DNA from: Leptospiraceae bacterium
GTDB taxonomy: Bacteria; Spirochaetota; Leptospiria; Leptospirales; Leptonemataceae
Direction: 5' to 3'
Assembly: GCA_040217195.1 (NCBI GenBank)
Contig: JAVJNR010000009.1
Location: forward strand, 170,431-234,430
Length of the DNA: 64,000 nt
Shown: positions 49,198 to 60,191 of the stretch, piece by piece
How positions within the stretch are numbered: position 1 is the stretch's first letter
Layout: each line of letters opens with the position of its first letter
The notes under the pieces: generated by a model
Told to the model about the DNA's origin: nothing
The model's database searches: none
What the model saw: only the letters and a program-made list of their open reading frames with translations
Position numbers and translations under genes: made by a program

Positions 49198-50022
49198 TTA
49201 AAGAGCGTCGGCCTGTCTGGCCCGACGTTCCAGCTCCTGCATGGCCTGCAGGCCTTCCTCTCCCATGTTCAGGGAATAGTCGTTAACATACAGGGCTATA
49301 TGATCCTGAATCGCCTGATCATCCATGGCCTGAGCGTGGCAGCGGATGTATTCCATTCCTTCTGCAGGGGCATTGTTTGCCTGTTTCAAGCTCTTGCGGA
49401 TTATTTCTGTGATCTGCTCTTTACTGTTCAGGTGGTCGTTTCGAATGGCGATCAAACCCAGAGGAATGGGAGACCCTGTAGTTTCTTCCCACCATTGTCC
49501 CAGATCCTGTACCAGACCGGCCTGGAAGGAAGGATACGTAAATCGTTCTTCATGGATGATCAGTCCTGCTTCAAATTCTCCGGCCTTCAATGCTGGAAGG
49601 ATTCGATCGTAACGTAAAAACTGCAATGGAACTTTCAGGCCCAGGGAATCCAGATACATTCGCAGCATTAGCGCCGCGGTGGTCTCCATCCCGGGAATGA
49701 GTATGGGTTTTTGATTCCGGGCCAGATATTCGAGCAATTCTGCGGAGTTTTTTTCCGAGGCTTCTGTTGTGCCGGAACTAACCAGCAATGGTCCGCATCC
49801 GCGGCCAAGAGCGCCTCCGGCTTCCAGCATGGTGTATTGGTCTTTAAGTTTTAGATAAGCGTAGCAGGAAAGTTTAGTTAGCTCATAAAGGCCCTGGCTG
49901 GCAGCTTCATTCAACTCCTGGATATCCAGATACACCGGCTTAAATCCTGGGTTTTGCTGATGATGAATCATCCAGTTAAAAATATAGGTGTCGTTGGGGC
50001 AGGGAGAGATTGCTAATTTCAT
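49198..50022 (-). CDS. mqnD: 1,4-dihydroxy-6-naphthoate synthase (futalosine pathway)
   Basis: ISPCPNDTYIF, DIQELN, GGALGRGCGPL, IIHEERFTY, DLGQWWEETTG.PIPLG, HIALYVN. Confidence 0.92.
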   Translation of the reverse strand: MKLAISPCPNDTYIFNWMIHHQQNPGFKPVYLDIQELNEAASQGLYELTKLSCYAYLKLKDQYTMLEAGGALGRGCGPLLVSSGTTEASEKNSAELLEYLARNQKPILIPGMETTAALMLRMYLDSLGLKVPLQFLRYDRILPALKAGEFEAGLIIHEERFTYPSFQAGLVQDLGQWWEETTGSPIPLGLIAIRNDHLNSKEQITEIIRKSLKQANNAPAEGMEYIRCHAQAMDDQAIQDHIALYVNDYSLNMGEEGLQAMQELERRARQADAL

Positions 50023-50507
50023 TTCTTTCCAGGTATAAAGCCAATCAGTGTGAGCATTATTCCAAAGCAGGCAATTCCAGCTGCCAGCAGAAATAGAAGC
50101 GGATTGTCCTTCTGCGGAGGATTGTCTTTCAGGCGTATATGCGGAACTCCTCTGGAATCAACATAGCGAATGGCTTCCAGATTTTCCCCATCTTTATGGA
50201 GATAGTACAGATCCACCGACACTTGCTCGGTTACTGTGTAGTTTCTTCCATTATAAAGATAACTGTAAGTGTAAAAATAGGAGACCTCCGGTGCTGGAAG
50301 GAAATCGGGCCCCGCTTCCGGTATCAGTGATTTCTTTTTTCTCTGCAGTCGGCTAAGATAGACGAAGGTTGTTCTTCCATTCCGCTCAATTTTCTGCTGC
50401 AGGCTTTGATCCAGGGAATGTTGCCAGTACAGAATCAATGCCAGGCTGCCAAAGACCATAGTCCAGAGCAGGCCAGCTATTCGGTACGGAGCGCGGGCCG
50501 GACTCAT
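50019..50507 (-). CDS. Hypothetical membrane protein (two terminal TM helices)
   Basis: Overlaps both neighbours by 4 bp; hydrophobic ends. Confidence 0.75.
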   Translation of the reverse strand: MSPARAPYRIAGLLWTMVFGSLALILYWQHSLDQSLQQKIERNGRTTFVYLSRLQRKKKSLIPEAGPDFLPAPEVSYFYTYSYLYNGRNYTVTEQVSVDLYYLHKDGENLEAIRYVDSRGVPHIRLKDNPPQKDNPLLFLLAAGIACFGIMLTLIGFIPGKK

Positions 50508-51484
50508 ACTCCCTGTGGGCCGGATTTCATGGCTGCAAGATCGAATTCGGCGCTTTCTCGGGCCAGAAATATCCTGGGACTGGAATGCTGAAGCGCCATC
50601 CGGTGCTCAATGGCATTCTTGAAGTTTTCAAATACCTTTTCATCGGTGTAAGCTGGCTCATGGTGGGTCAGTACCAGGTTTTTAACCTTCCAGTGTACGG
50701 CACAGTTTACGGCCATGGTGTAGCTGGTATGGCCCCAGTCGAACTTGGAGAACGATTCATCCAGTGTGTACTGAGCATCCATAATTAGAAGGTCTGCCTG
50801 ATGGAAAAAAGCAGCGTCATCCGGTCGGCTCATTAGATCTTCGCCGGTGAACTCTGCATCTGTTGCGAAAATGAAGGTTCCGGCCTCTGAACGGAAGCGA
50901 TAGGCCTGACTTCCGCCCGGGTGCTTCAGTGGATGTGTATCCAGTTGTAGCCCATCCAGTGCAATGGGCTGACCTTGCTTTAGCTGATGAAAATGCTTGG
51001 AGCTCGCTGAATCATGAAATGGCATGGGAAAGAATCGATCTGTGGTTTGATAGGCCATTCGATCTTCCAGGTCTGGAAGAGGTGAGTATAGATGTAGTTC
51101 GTTTCCCGGTATATAGATTGGCTTGAAGAAAGGAAGTCCCTGAATATGATCCCAGTGCGTATGAGTGAAGAATATATGAATCTTTCCCTGACCTTTGCCC
51201 CAGGGCCCGGACATTAGTTCATCGCCCAGAGGACGCAACCCGGTACCGGCATCCAGGATAAATATCTCTCCAGAATCGGATTCTACGCGAACACAGGTGG
51301 TATCGCCGCCCACCACATGGGAAAGATGTCCTGGAAGATGATCCAGAAAGGAAGAGATCTGCTCTTCATTGGTCAAACCAGAGGCGATGGAACGTCTTAG
51401 AATCTCCTCCAGTTTTGATCGATACTCGGTATTCCTCAGTGGTGCCGGCAACGATCCCCTTACTCCATAAAGCTTGACTTTCAT
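50504..51484 (-). CDS. MBL-fold metallo-hydrolase
   Basis: GVRGSLP, GGDTTCV, LDAGTG, THTHWDHIQG, WGHTS, HHEP; ATG 51484 preferred. Confidence 0.92.
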   Translation of the reverse strand: MKVKLYGVRGSLPAPLRNTEYRSKLEEILRRSIASGLTNEEQISSFLDHLPGHLSHVVGGDTTCVRVESDSGEIFILDAGTGLRPLGDELMSGPWGKGQGKIHIFFTHTHWDHIQGLPFFKPIYIPGNELHLYSPLPDLEDRMAYQTTDRFFPMPFHDSASSKHFHQLKQGQPIALDGLQLDTHPLKHPGGSQAYRFRSEAGTFIFATDAEFTGEDLMSRPDDAAFFHQADLLIMDAQYTLDESFSKFDWGHTSYTMAVNCAVHWKVKNLVLTHHEPAYTDEKVFENFKNAIEHRMALQHSSPRIFLARESAEFDLAAMKSGPQGV

Positions 51485-51693
51485 TATTCTTGCCTTCGGC
51501 TGCCGGACCTGTCCGGAATGTCTTTGTAGATTGGCCGCACAGGAAAGCAGCCTATTTTTCCTTTTTGCTGCTTTTCGGACAGATCCAGGCATGCAACCCC
51601 GTATGCACCACCGTCATAATTTGAAGATGTACCCAGGGCCTGCATCCAGATACGGTTCACAGGTCCCATTCCGCTTTTGATGCAAAGTGTTTT

Positions 51694-52206
51694 TTGTTTA
51701 CCCCGTGGCCGCCTAAAAAAATTTGGTCATGGAGGGTAACAAATATGAAGGAGACCAGCAAAATGTCATCAGCCAGTTCTTCCACAGCAACCGTGGATAT
51801 GGAGTCCCCGGAAGAGAGAGTTCAGCCAGAGGAAGTTCAGCCAGAAGAGCTCACCATGGAGCAGCTTGAGCAGGTCTTCGATGTGCTTTCTGAAATCACT
51901 GATCGTATATCCCTCATGAATAGCGTCTACGAATCCAATCTGGAGCAGGCATTCGATGATCTGAAGCAATTCAGTCTTACCGTGCGCCAGTGGTCCGCAG
52001 AGCAGATTCCTCAGGAAATTCGCCGATTCTATCTCAGCCATCTCACCTTTCACAGGGAGATCATCGCCGATATTATTGCAGAAGCTCGTAGCCTGCTGAT
52101 GGAAGAGCGACGGGAGTATCTGAAGACTCTGGTACGATATCATAAAGACTACTGTGCCTGGCTGGATACTATGGAAAAGGCTTTGAGCCGATCCGCAGCG
52201 TCCTGA
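51694..52206 (+). CDS. Hypothetical helical protein (start probably at or after 51745)
   Basis: Acidic, helix-prone ORF; GGAGG precedes the ATG at 51745. Confidence 0.7.
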   Translation: MFTPWPPKKIWSWRVTNMKETSKMSSASSSTATVDMESPEERVQPEEVQPEELTMEQLEQVFDVLSEITDRISLMNSVYESNLEQAFDDLKQFSLTVRQWSAEQIPQEIRRFYLSHLTFHREIIADIIAEARSLLMEERREYLKTLVRYHKDYCAWLDTMEKALSRSAAS

Positions 52207-52323
52207 TCGCCTGTCCAGGGATTCCAGGAAGCGAAATTCTTCCTGGTTGCCGGGCATAATCCGGGAACCGGATAACAACCGCTTGACAATGGAATGGTCG
52301 GGGGGTATACCCTGAGCATTCCT

Positions 52324-53985
52324 ATGGCAAGGTCCTTATTTCTTCCCCTCACAATCTTTCTGGTAGCGAGTTGCGCCGGCCTTCAGCAGGTGGAGCAGCC
52401 CACGGCGGCAAATCTGAGCTTTCCGGAGGTCCAGTATTACCCATTACCGGATCGGCCGGTGGCCAGTCTGGCCGAACTGGAGCAGGAACCCGTTACTCTG
52501 GCTTATTCCATCGATTTTGAATCCCTGGATTCTCCGGAGCTTCGTCGAATCGTGGAGCAGCGCATCCACGGATGGCTTCGTAATATTCAGATCCGTGGAG
52601 CTGTGCTGCCAACCTTTAGAATTTCAGCCAATGACTCTCCTCCGCAGGGCTATCCCTATACGCTTCGGATTCAAATTAAATCCGAGGCAGAAAATGAGTA
52701 TTCACTGAATGCAAAGATGGAGCATAATCCCTCCGGCCGATCTTACGCCGTATTCAAGCGAAACTTTGGCCTGGATCCAGGCGGCGATCATGAGGGTCTT
52801 GCACTGTTCAGTGGCCTTTCTGCATTCCTGTCCGATGGCACCGGCCCATCCATGTCCTTTCCTGCATCCAGCGGCGATGAGTTGCGAGACTGGGTCTCTC
52901 TTCTGGGAACCGGTCAGGTAAAAGTAATTTCAGGCCAGGAAGCTTCTGTCCAGATCAGGAACAGAAATGGACAGTCGGTGCATTCCGGCCAAACGCCTGT
53001 TGTGCTGGATCTTCCTGCCGGTGCCTATGAATTTACAATTAAGCGAAAGGGCATGCAGCCTCGCATTAGAACATTGATTGTTCGTCCCGCCGCCCAGGAT
53101 GTGCTACTAATGTCCTGGCCAGACGATGAAAGTGCCAGTTCTCTTTCTGTATTTACGTCTCCTCCCAGATTGCAGGTCGCTCTGGAAGGTACGGTGCAGG
53201 GGGCTGCTCCGCTGGCTTTTCCTTCATTGATGTCCGGTGAAATCCAGGTAGAGATTGCCCGAAAGGAAGAGGATTCCGGTGAAGCTTTCGTAATGCGAAA
53301 GAGCACAGTATCCATGGGCGAGGGAGAAGACATTACTCGATATTATCCCTTCGATTACTACATTGATTTTCAAAGAGCGCCGGAAGCCGGAAATCTATGG
53401 GCTTCCAATCAGGCATTAAAGGCAGTTCGTAAGGATTCAGATCAGCTGAAGCTGGAAACGGTTCGCAATCAGGACGGTCTGCCTCCTGGATTGCTTTCTC
53501 ATCCTCTGGAAGCCATGGATCAGCGAATTCGAATCAGCTTCCTGCCAGGCAAGGACTGGAACTTTGGTCTGAGTTCCGGAAAAGGAAGTGATCGTCCGTA
53601 TCTTTCCCTTCAGGGAAGCAAACTTCTATTCAACGCTCCTGGTAGCGGCTCCACGGCAGAGTATGTTCGTCCAGTGCCATCAGAAGGCCAGCTCGAGGTC
53701 CTTGAAATTAGATACGAAGCGGAAGACAGTGAGCTTACAATCCTGCTAAACGGGGCTGAAGTCTACGATGGCCCGTATCAGAATTCCGGTTACTTCAGTC
53801 TTTATCTATCTGGTCCGGCCAATCTGCTCCCCATACAGGAGATGGAAGTTCATGCAGGACCCATCCTGGGCAATGCCGTTGTTCGCTGGGGCCGTGGAAT
53901 GATTTTCAGTCTGGGTCGGTCTCTGGGTCTGTACAGTCGCCTTCGTCCAGTGCCGGAAGAAACCTCCGCAGGAGAAGGGAAGTAG
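52324..53985 (+). CDS. PEGA-domain lipoprotein
   Basis: Signal ending LVASC; PEGA-like GQTPVVLDLPAGAYEFTIKRKG and VFTSPPRLQVALEG. Confidence 0.75.
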   Translation: MARSLFLPLTIFLVASCAGLQQVEQPTAANLSFPEVQYYPLPDRPVASLAELEQEPVTLAYSIDFESLDSPELRRIVEQRIHGWLRNIQIRGAVLPTFRISANDSPPQGYPYTLRIQIKSEAENEYSLNAKMEHNPSGRSYAVFKRNFGLDPGGDHEGLALFSGLSAFLSDGTGPSMSFPASSGDELRDWVSLLGTGQVKVISGQEASVQIRNRNGQSVHSGQTPVVLDLPAGAYEFTIKRKGMQPRIRTLIVRPAAQDVLLMSWPDDESASSLSVFTSPPRLQVALEGTVQGAAPLAFPSLMSGEIQVEIARKEEDSGEAFVMRKSTVSMGEGEDITRYYPFDYYIDFQRAPEAGNLWASNQALKAVRKDSDQLKLETVRNQDGLPPGLLSHPLEAMDQRIRISFLPGKDWNFGLSSGKGSDRPYLSLQGSKLLFNAPGSGSTAEYVRPVPSEGQLEVLEIRYEAEDSELTILLNGAEVYDGPYQNSGYFSLYLSGPANLLPIQEMEVHAGPILGNAVVRWGRGMIFSLGRSLGLYSRLRPVPEETSAGEGK

Positions 53986-54025
53986 ATTCTGGTTATTGTC
54001 CCGGAAGTGCCATCTTACATAGAAT

Positions 54026-57000
54026 TTGTCGAGAATGAAAATGAAATCTAAATCCATCGTCCTTATTGCTCTTGTTTTGATCCTGGGAATGGTGCACTGT
54101 CAATCCGCTCAGAGGTCGGATGCAGTGGACCGAGACGTTCCTGCCAATGTAGATCCAGCCAAACTATCCAAAAGCAGAGAACTCATTCGTCAGGGAAACC
54201 TGGCCGTTGTTCGAAAGCAGTACGCTCAGGCTCTGGATCTGGCCAATCAATCTCTGGCTGTGCTTCCTCTATTTGAGGGCTACTACTTGAAAGGCCTGGC
54301 GCTGAGCCGCTCCGGTAATGAGCAAGAAGCTCTGCAGGCATTCGAGCAGGCAGAGAAACTGGATCCCACCGATCAGCAGCTATTGTTAACGTCCGGTCTG
54401 CTATATGATTCTTTGAATCAGCCAGAGAAAGCCCAGGAAAAGTACCTGAAGCTTACCGAAGCCTATCCCAATGATCCTGTGTACTGGTACAGAGCGGGTG
54501 TGGGCTTCAAGAATCTGGGTAAACTGGATAAGGCCTATGAGTATCTTAAGAAATCTTTAAAAGATGATTTCGAGCATATCGATCAGGCCTATCTGCAGCT
54601 GGGTGATGTCTGCCTGGAACAGAAGAAATACGAAGAGTCAGAAGAGTATTTCGCACTGGCTGGAAAGAAAAACCCGAAGATGGAAGAAGCGGCTGACGGT
54701 AGGAATGCCAGTCAGTCCGCCCGATTGATGGATCAGGGCAATGCGCTTCTTAAAGAAGGAAAAACAAAGGAAGCAATTCAGATTTTTTTGAAGGCTGTGC
54801 AAACCAGCCCGGGTTCAGCTGCACCCAGGTTCTTGCTGGGTAATGCATATCTCCAGAACAATGAACCAGAGAAGGCACTTCCTTACACCGAGGAAGGAAT
54901 CAAAATAAGCCCTGATTCGGTAAGCGGAAGAGTCATTCATGCCACAGCACTGCGAAAGAACGGCAAGACACTTCAGGCGCGAAAGGTCCTGGAGGAGGGA
55001 CTTGCCAGGGATCCAGAACAAATAGAACTTCTAAACCAGCTGGGACTGGCCTGCAGAGATGCAGGAGATACCAAATGTGCTCTAGTGCAATTTGAAAAAG
55101 CACTGAAAATCAAGCCGGAGCATTATCCTTCGCGCCTGAATGCATTCTATACTTACATTGACGCTCGCAGATACGATGAAGCAGAGAGGCACTTAAATGC
55201 ACTGCAAAAACTTTCCATGCCTGACAAAGAGAAGGAACAGGCCATTACGTACTTCAAGCTGGCTCGTTATCTGGGCACCGGAGATCGTTATTTCGAAAAG
55301 AATGCATTCTACCAGGCCGTTGTTGAATATCAAAAGGCTCTGAAAGTTGATCCGGAAAGCACGGCGGCCTTGAATTCCCTGGGAAGAACGGAACTATTAC
55401 GTCGTAGATTCGGTGTAGCTGAAAAGTATTATAAGAAAGCACTGCAGGTAGATGGGGAGAATGTACAGGCTCTGGAAGGACTGCTTCGCCTCTATTCCCA
55501 GGCAGGGAATGCCGTGGCTCGTAGGAATATCCAGATCCGATTGGAGAAGCTCAGCGAAACTAATCCAGAAGCAGCTGTGGCCTTTGGTCGCATCTATGAA
55601 GACGATGAAAACTGGAAACAGGCAGAGGCCCATTACCAGCGTTTGCTGAAGCGTTATCCAGAACATGAACTGATTCGACGTCGATTATCCTATGTGGTAT
55701 ACCGCCAGGCCCTGGATGAGAACAGAAAGAACAATCCAGATGCTGCACTGAGGCTAATAGCTCGTAGCGAAAAACTGGATCCGGATCTTCCAGGACTTGC
55801 AAGTGCCAAAGAAGTGATTCTGGATAATAAGAAGCATGCACGATATCTTCCTGAGCTGGAGCGGGCCGAAGACACATACCAGTCCGGTCGTTTTGCCCGT
55901 GCCGAGAAACTATTTCGTACCCTTCATGCCAAATGGCCCCGGCCTGCCTTTCTGGTTCGAATCGCAGATAGCTTGATTCAGCAGGGCAAAGAACAGGAAG
56001 GGTTTCGCCTTCTGGAAAAAGCGGCTTCTGAAAATCCGTCCAGCATGGAAGTTAGGGAGGCCATGTTTGCCAATTTTATTCGAGCCGGGCGTTCCAATGA
56101 AGCCAGAGAGGGCTTTCAAAGTATTGTAAACTCCCAGGAGGATGCGTACTACAGTCATTACAAGCTGGGAATCATCCATCTAATGAACGATGATCCAGAA
56201 GATGCATTTGATTCCTTCCAGACTGCACTGATTTATCGGCCGGACTTTATCCCGGCCAGACTGGCAAGAGGCGTTGCACTCTATGAGCAGGGCAAACAGT
56301 CTGAATCAGAGAAAGACTTTAGAGAAGCTCTGAAATATGATACCTTTGGAAAGGAACTGGCTCGACTGAACCTGGCCCTGATCGATTTAAACTCCAATGA
56401 AGTGAGCCGGGCCAGGAAGGCCCTTGAAGATATGGTCCGGATGTATCCGAATTTTAGCGATCCTCATTATCATCTCTCTTTTCTGGACTTTGAGTCCGGT
56501 AATTACAGAGCCGCTTTGAAACACATAGACAAAGCCATTGAGCTAGAAACCACGGCGGATTATCATAAAGCCCGGGCCCGGATTCTGGAAAAGATGCCAG
56601 GTCAAAGAGCAGCCCTGGAAAAAACCTACAGAAGTCTGCTTCAGGATTTTCCCGGTTTACCGGAAGAGGATCGCAAGGAAGTTCGTTTGAAGTTATCCAG
56701 GCTTTCCAGTGGAGAGGCCAGAACACTATCTCCGATGGAAATGCCTGCTGTAGATCCGGTGAAGGTGGTGCGTCATCGTGATCTGGTCATCTATATAGAA
56801 AGAAATCGAGTAGTGGCAGCCCCTCTTGGCTCGGAAACGCCGGTCTATATTCGTAAATTCGCAGCCCCAATCCTGGATGGAGCCCAGGACTACTGGATCT
56901 ATGTAGCTTTTAGAAATCAGATAATTAGCCTGGACCCATTAACCGGTGAAACTGTGGACCAATGGGAAATGCCCAATACTTGCCGATTGCTTGGTGCGGA

Positions 57001-57613
57001 TGGTAAGATGGCAGCCATTACCGGTACCAGTTGCGGGGCCGGAAAAGAAAAGGAACTGAGGGCTCTGGGCGATACAGCGGAGCAGAGGATTCTATCGCCT
57101 CAGAACTTTGTATCCAGCTCTAACGGTACTTTCTACTACTCCGGCGGATTCTACCATTCAGCTCCTTCTGGAGGAAAGGTTACCCTTACAAAGGTATCCT
57201 TTGAAGGCGAAAGTCTAACTTCCACACATTCGGTTCAGGATGTGCTTTCCATTCATGCCCGGAACGGGGATCTGCTGGTTGCTCATAAGAAGGGAGTACT
57301 TTTTCTGGATGAAGATGACCTGGAAGAATCCTCCCGTTTAACTCTAAAACTGGACTGGCTGGATATGGCAGGCGAAACGATTTATGCAATGAGCGGTAAG
57401 CAGTTGCATAGTCTGGAATCCGGGGAGATTGTAAAGAGCATAAACCTTCCCGTGGCAGCCCGCCCTGGACAATCGCTTCATGCATTACCCGAAGGACGAC
57501 TACTCTATATTGGACAGGATGGATCCCTTCGACTAATCGACAGTGAAGGCAAGGTGCTCTGGAAAGAGGTGCCGGGCAAATTCGATAGCAAGTTGCTTTC
57601 GGTTTATTATTGA
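54026..57613 (+). CDS. Large TPR-repeat protein with a C-terminal beta-propeller-like region, probable lipoprotein
   Basis: Signal ending GMVHC; many TPR units (e.g. YYLKGLALSRSG, LNQLGLAC, ALNSLGR); beta-rich end. Confidence 0.85.
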   Translation: MSRMKMKSKSIVLIALVLILGMVHCQSAQRSDAVDRDVPANVDPAKLSKSRELIRQGNLAVVRKQYAQALDLANQSLAVLPLFEGYYLKGLALSRSGNEQEALQAFEQAEKLDPTDQQLLLTSGLLYDSLNQPEKAQEKYLKLTEAYPNDPVYWYRAGVGFKNLGKLDKAYEYLKKSLKDDFEHIDQAYLQLGDVCLEQKKYEESEEYFALAGKKNPKMEEAADGRNASQSARLMDQGNALLKEGKTKEAIQIFLKAVQTSPGSAAPRFLLGNAYLQNNEPEKALPYTEEGIKISPDSVSGRVIHATALRKNGKTLQARKVLEEGLARDPEQIELLNQLGLACRDAGDTKCALVQFEKALKIKPEHYPSRLNAFYTYIDARRYDEAERHLNALQKLSMPDKEKEQAITYFKLARYLGTGDRYFEKNAFYQAVVEYQKALKVDPESTAALNSLGRTELLRRRFGVAEKYYKKALQVDGENVQALEGLLRLYSQAGNAVARRNIQIRLEKLSETNPEAAVAFGRIYEDDENWKQAEAHYQRLLKRYPEHELIRRRLSYVVYRQALDENRKNNPDAALRLIARSEKLDPDLPGLASAKEVILDNKKHARYLPELERAEDTYQSGRFARAEKLFRTLHAKWPRPAFLVRIADSLIQQGKEQEGFRLLEKAASENPSSMEVREAMFANFIRAGRSNEAREGFQSIVNSQEDAYYSHYKLGIIHLMNDDPEDAFDSFQTALIYRPDFIPARLARGVALYEQGKQSESEKDFREALKYDTFGKELARLNLALIDLNSNEVSRARKALEDMVRMYPNFSDPHYHLSFLDFESGNYRAALKHIDKAIELETTADYHKARARILEKMPGQRAALEKTYRSLLQDFPGLPEEDRKEVRLKLSRLSSGEARTLSPMEMPAVDPVKVVRHRDLVIYIERNRVVAAPLGSETPVYIRKFAAPILDGAQDYWIYVAFRNQIISLDPLTGETVDQWEMPNTCRLLGADGKMAAITGTSCGAGKEKELRALGDTAEQRILSPQNFVSSSNGTFYYSGGFYHSAPSGGKVTLTKVSFEGESLTSTHSVQDVLSIHARNGDLLVAHKKGVLFLDEDDLEESSRLTLKLDWLDMAGETIYAMSGKQLHSLESGEIVKSINLPVAARPGQSLHALPEGRLLYIGQDGSLRLIDSEGKVLWKEVPGKFDSKLLSVYY

Positions 57614-57710
57614 CCCACTGAAAGCAGTGCACTTTTACAGAGAGAAGGGTGTGTAATCTATATAACATCCTATAGGTATTTTCAGGCGAACGGCGCCAGG
57701 GAGAGGAACC

Positions 57711-58214
57711 TTGAAAGAGACAGATCAAAAACAAGCGCGCTGGCGATACTATATCGACAGATCATTTCAAAACCAATTCATTGTACGGTTTTCACTGGTA
57801 ATTGTTCTGGTGATGGTCTTTACAGTGGGGGCGCTATGGCTGCTAAAAGAGAATGCCTTTGGCCTGGTACCGGACAACAGCGGTGTGCTCTGGAGTACCG
57901 ACTCGGCAGAGGTGCTCTCCTGTACCTATCCAGATGGTAGCGCAGCCGATTTGCCAGCTCCGGTTAAGCCTTACGATGCATTCGAGCTTTACTGGAAACC
58001 TCTGATTTTTACCAGCATTTTGAACCTGGTAATTATCGTTATTTTCAGTCTATTCTATTCACACAGCATGGCAGGGCCCATTCACAGCATTAAGAATTCC
58101 CTGCGTGAGCTGATCGATGGAGAACCTGCAGGTCCGATTCGAATTCGAAAAGGGGATCAATTTCAGGAACTGGCATCTCTGCTCAATGAGGTGATCGAAA
58201 AGAGGGTTAAATAG
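57711..58214 (+). CDS. Small membrane protein with a HAMP-like domain
   Basis: Two TM helices; SHSMAGPI...IRIRKGDQFQELASLLN. Confidence 0.75.
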   Translation: MKETDQKQARWRYYIDRSFQNQFIVRFSLVIVLVMVFTVGALWLLKENAFGLVPDNSGVLWSTDSAEVLSCTYPDGSAADLPAPVKPYDAFELYWKPLIFTSILNLVIIVIFSLFYSHSMAGPIHSIKNSLRELIDGEPAGPIRIRKGDQFQELASLLNEVIEKRVK

Positions 58215-58879
58215 TGAAGAAGGTAGTATTTATTTTTTTGATTTCGCTGTTTTTTCCAGGCTTTCTGGCGGCGCAGGAAATCAGTCCCACTTACTTCAAT
58301 CGGGTAACTCTGGATGGAGTGGATGAACTGGCCCGGGCTCTTTCAGATCCGGAAGTTTCCGTAGAACAAAAGCGATATGCTGTAAATCGAATGGCGGAGC
58401 TTGCCCGGCAGCTTCCCGGCAGTAATGTTCAGCCTTCCAGGCTTTACAATCCACTTCTGGGAGCCCTGCGACCTGAGAAGAATGTTCAGGACCACCATGT
58501 TCTGCGGATTGCCATATGTGAAGCGTTGCGTAATTTCTCAGATCTGGATGGCAGCAATCAGCTAATAGGTCCTCTGGGAAGAGTGATGATGGATAGCGAT
58601 GAGCATGAAGATGTTCGTACCGCGGCAGCTCGCACTCTGGCTGACTTTCACAAGGATAAGTCAGCTGCTGTGGAAGCACTGATTTCCGCTCTAAACAAGG
58701 AACTGGACAGAGGGCCTAATTCAGATAACATCTCGATCACATCGGTTATATGTGTTAGTCTGGGAGCTCTCCGGGATAAAAGGGCCATGGTTCCATTAAT
58801 GAAAGTGGTTCAATCTTCCTTTCCCAATCAAACTAAACGAAATGCCAAGACGGCTCTGGATAGTTTGCACTGGAAGTAA
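58214..58879 (+). CDS. Exported HEAT-repeat protein
   Basis: Signal peptide; VRTAAARTLA, SLGALRDKRAMVPL. Confidence 0.75.
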   Translation: MKKVVFIFLISLFFPGFLAAQEISPTYFNRVTLDGVDELARALSDPEVSVEQKRYAVNRMAELARQLPGSNVQPSRLYNPLLGALRPEKNVQDHHVLRIAICEALRNFSDLDGSNQLIGPLGRVMMDSDEHEDVRTAAARTLADFHKDKSAAVEALISALNKELDRGPNSDNISITSVICVSLGALRDKRAMVPLMKVVQSSFPNQTKRNAKTALDSLHWK

Positions 58880-59026
58880 TTCCGGGTCTTTGGCCCCCTG
58901 CAGATTGAACTTCTGAAAATCTGCAGGGGTATGCTGACCGGAATCCTGTTTTTCGAATTGCGGTAAAGTGAAATGGCCCAAAAATCCTGAGAGCAGCAGC
59001 TGAAACTCACGGTTTCGCTACAGATG

Positions 59027-60055
59027 TTATACAAAATTCAAAGCTGGATGGATACGGTAATGCACCATCTCTTCGGTGGGAGTCATTTCCAGGCCATTGT
59101 TGAGCGATAATGGACGGAGGACCTCCCGGGCTGTTTCTGCAGAGACTTCGCCGGAAAGGCGACGCCAGCAAACATCCAGATAGTCTTTGCCTCGTCTGGT
59201 GGAGCGTTCAATAAGCTCTGGAACCGGGCCACCGTAATCTGCCCCGGTTACTGGATGGGGTGCAGGATCCAATTCTGAGAAATGTATCTCATTACTTGCT
59301 ACATGATTTCTTACATAGCCCAGGTAAGCAATGTGGCTGATTTTTCCGTTCATTCTCTTATTCAGCGATTTTAATCCTGCAACCAGGGGTCTATTTTGAA
59401 ACATTCCGATCATGGTTCTGGATCTGTGAAAGGAGCGTTCTGTAATCCAGTGAATGCTATTCATCTCCGGCATGGATTGTCCGTCCGGCCCATTGGCATG
59501 GCTCATCCCTTTGCTGAAGAATTCCAGTAGATCCTTTTTATGTTCTTTTGGATTGATCCTTTCCAGAAGTTGAAAGTCCTTTAAGGATTGATTTCGTAGT
59601 TTTAGAATATGGAAATCCAGAAGAGTTTCGAACAGTCGATGCCTTCCCTCCGCTGTGGCCCGTTCGGCCGGATTCGGATCATAGTAATTTCCACTCACTG
59701 AATAGACGTACGGATGAAATATGGTGTCCGCTGCTACATGAGTCAGGTAACCACACAGAAATGCAAACAGTGGTTCTAGAGAGGCCGGGTTTTTCTCTTT
59801 GATCTGAACGCATCGTTCCAGCATCCAGAGCACATGCATGGAGTTATCGTTTCCGTATCTGCCATGAATGATTTCGCCCAGTTCCAGATCATGTTTCTTT
59901 TCCAGAGGAAGTCGGATATCGTAATAGTATAGATCCGGTGACATGGACCCAAAGCTGTAGGGTCTGTCATTTCTATGCAGCAGGTTGCGGACTGTATGGT
60001 CCATTCTGTCTCGGATCTGCTCGGCAACATGGATATGCGTTATTTCTTTGGGCAC
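59027..60055 (-). CDS. Zinc-dependent phospholipase C family protein
   Basis: N-terminal ITH, GSMSPDLYYY, GYLTHVAADTIFHPYV, HRLFE. Confidence 0.82.
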   Translation of the reverse strand: MPKEITHIHVAEQIRDRMDHTVRNLLHRNDRPYSFGSMSPDLYYYDIRLPLEKKHDLELGEIIHGRYGNDNSMHVLWMLERCVQIKEKNPASLEPLFAFLCGYLTHVAADTIFHPYVYSVSGNYYDPNPAERATAEGRHRLFETLLDFHILKLRNQSLKDFQLLERINPKEHKKDLLEFFSKGMSHANGPDGQSMPEMNSIHWITERSFHRSRTMIGMFQNRPLVAGLKSLNKRMNGKISHIAYLGYVRNHVASNEIHFSELDPAPHPVTGADYGGPVPELIERSTRRGKDYLDVCWRRLSGEVSAETAREVLRPLSLNNGLEMTPTEEMVHYRIHPALNFV

Positions 60056-60191
60056 ACTTTGAGTTTGATTCCAGGTCGCAATTTAGGCAAGTACTTTGGT
60101 AATTGGAAACCTTGCAGGTACGGATAATCATGTCTCGGTTGACGACCCGGGCCGGGGCCTGGACAGAAAATTCTGGTGAAAAAAGAAATCT

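Noticed and set aside
51819..51849. 15-bp tandem duplication (VQPEE twice)
   Set aside because: In-frame micro-duplication in a disordered N-terminus; no wider pattern.
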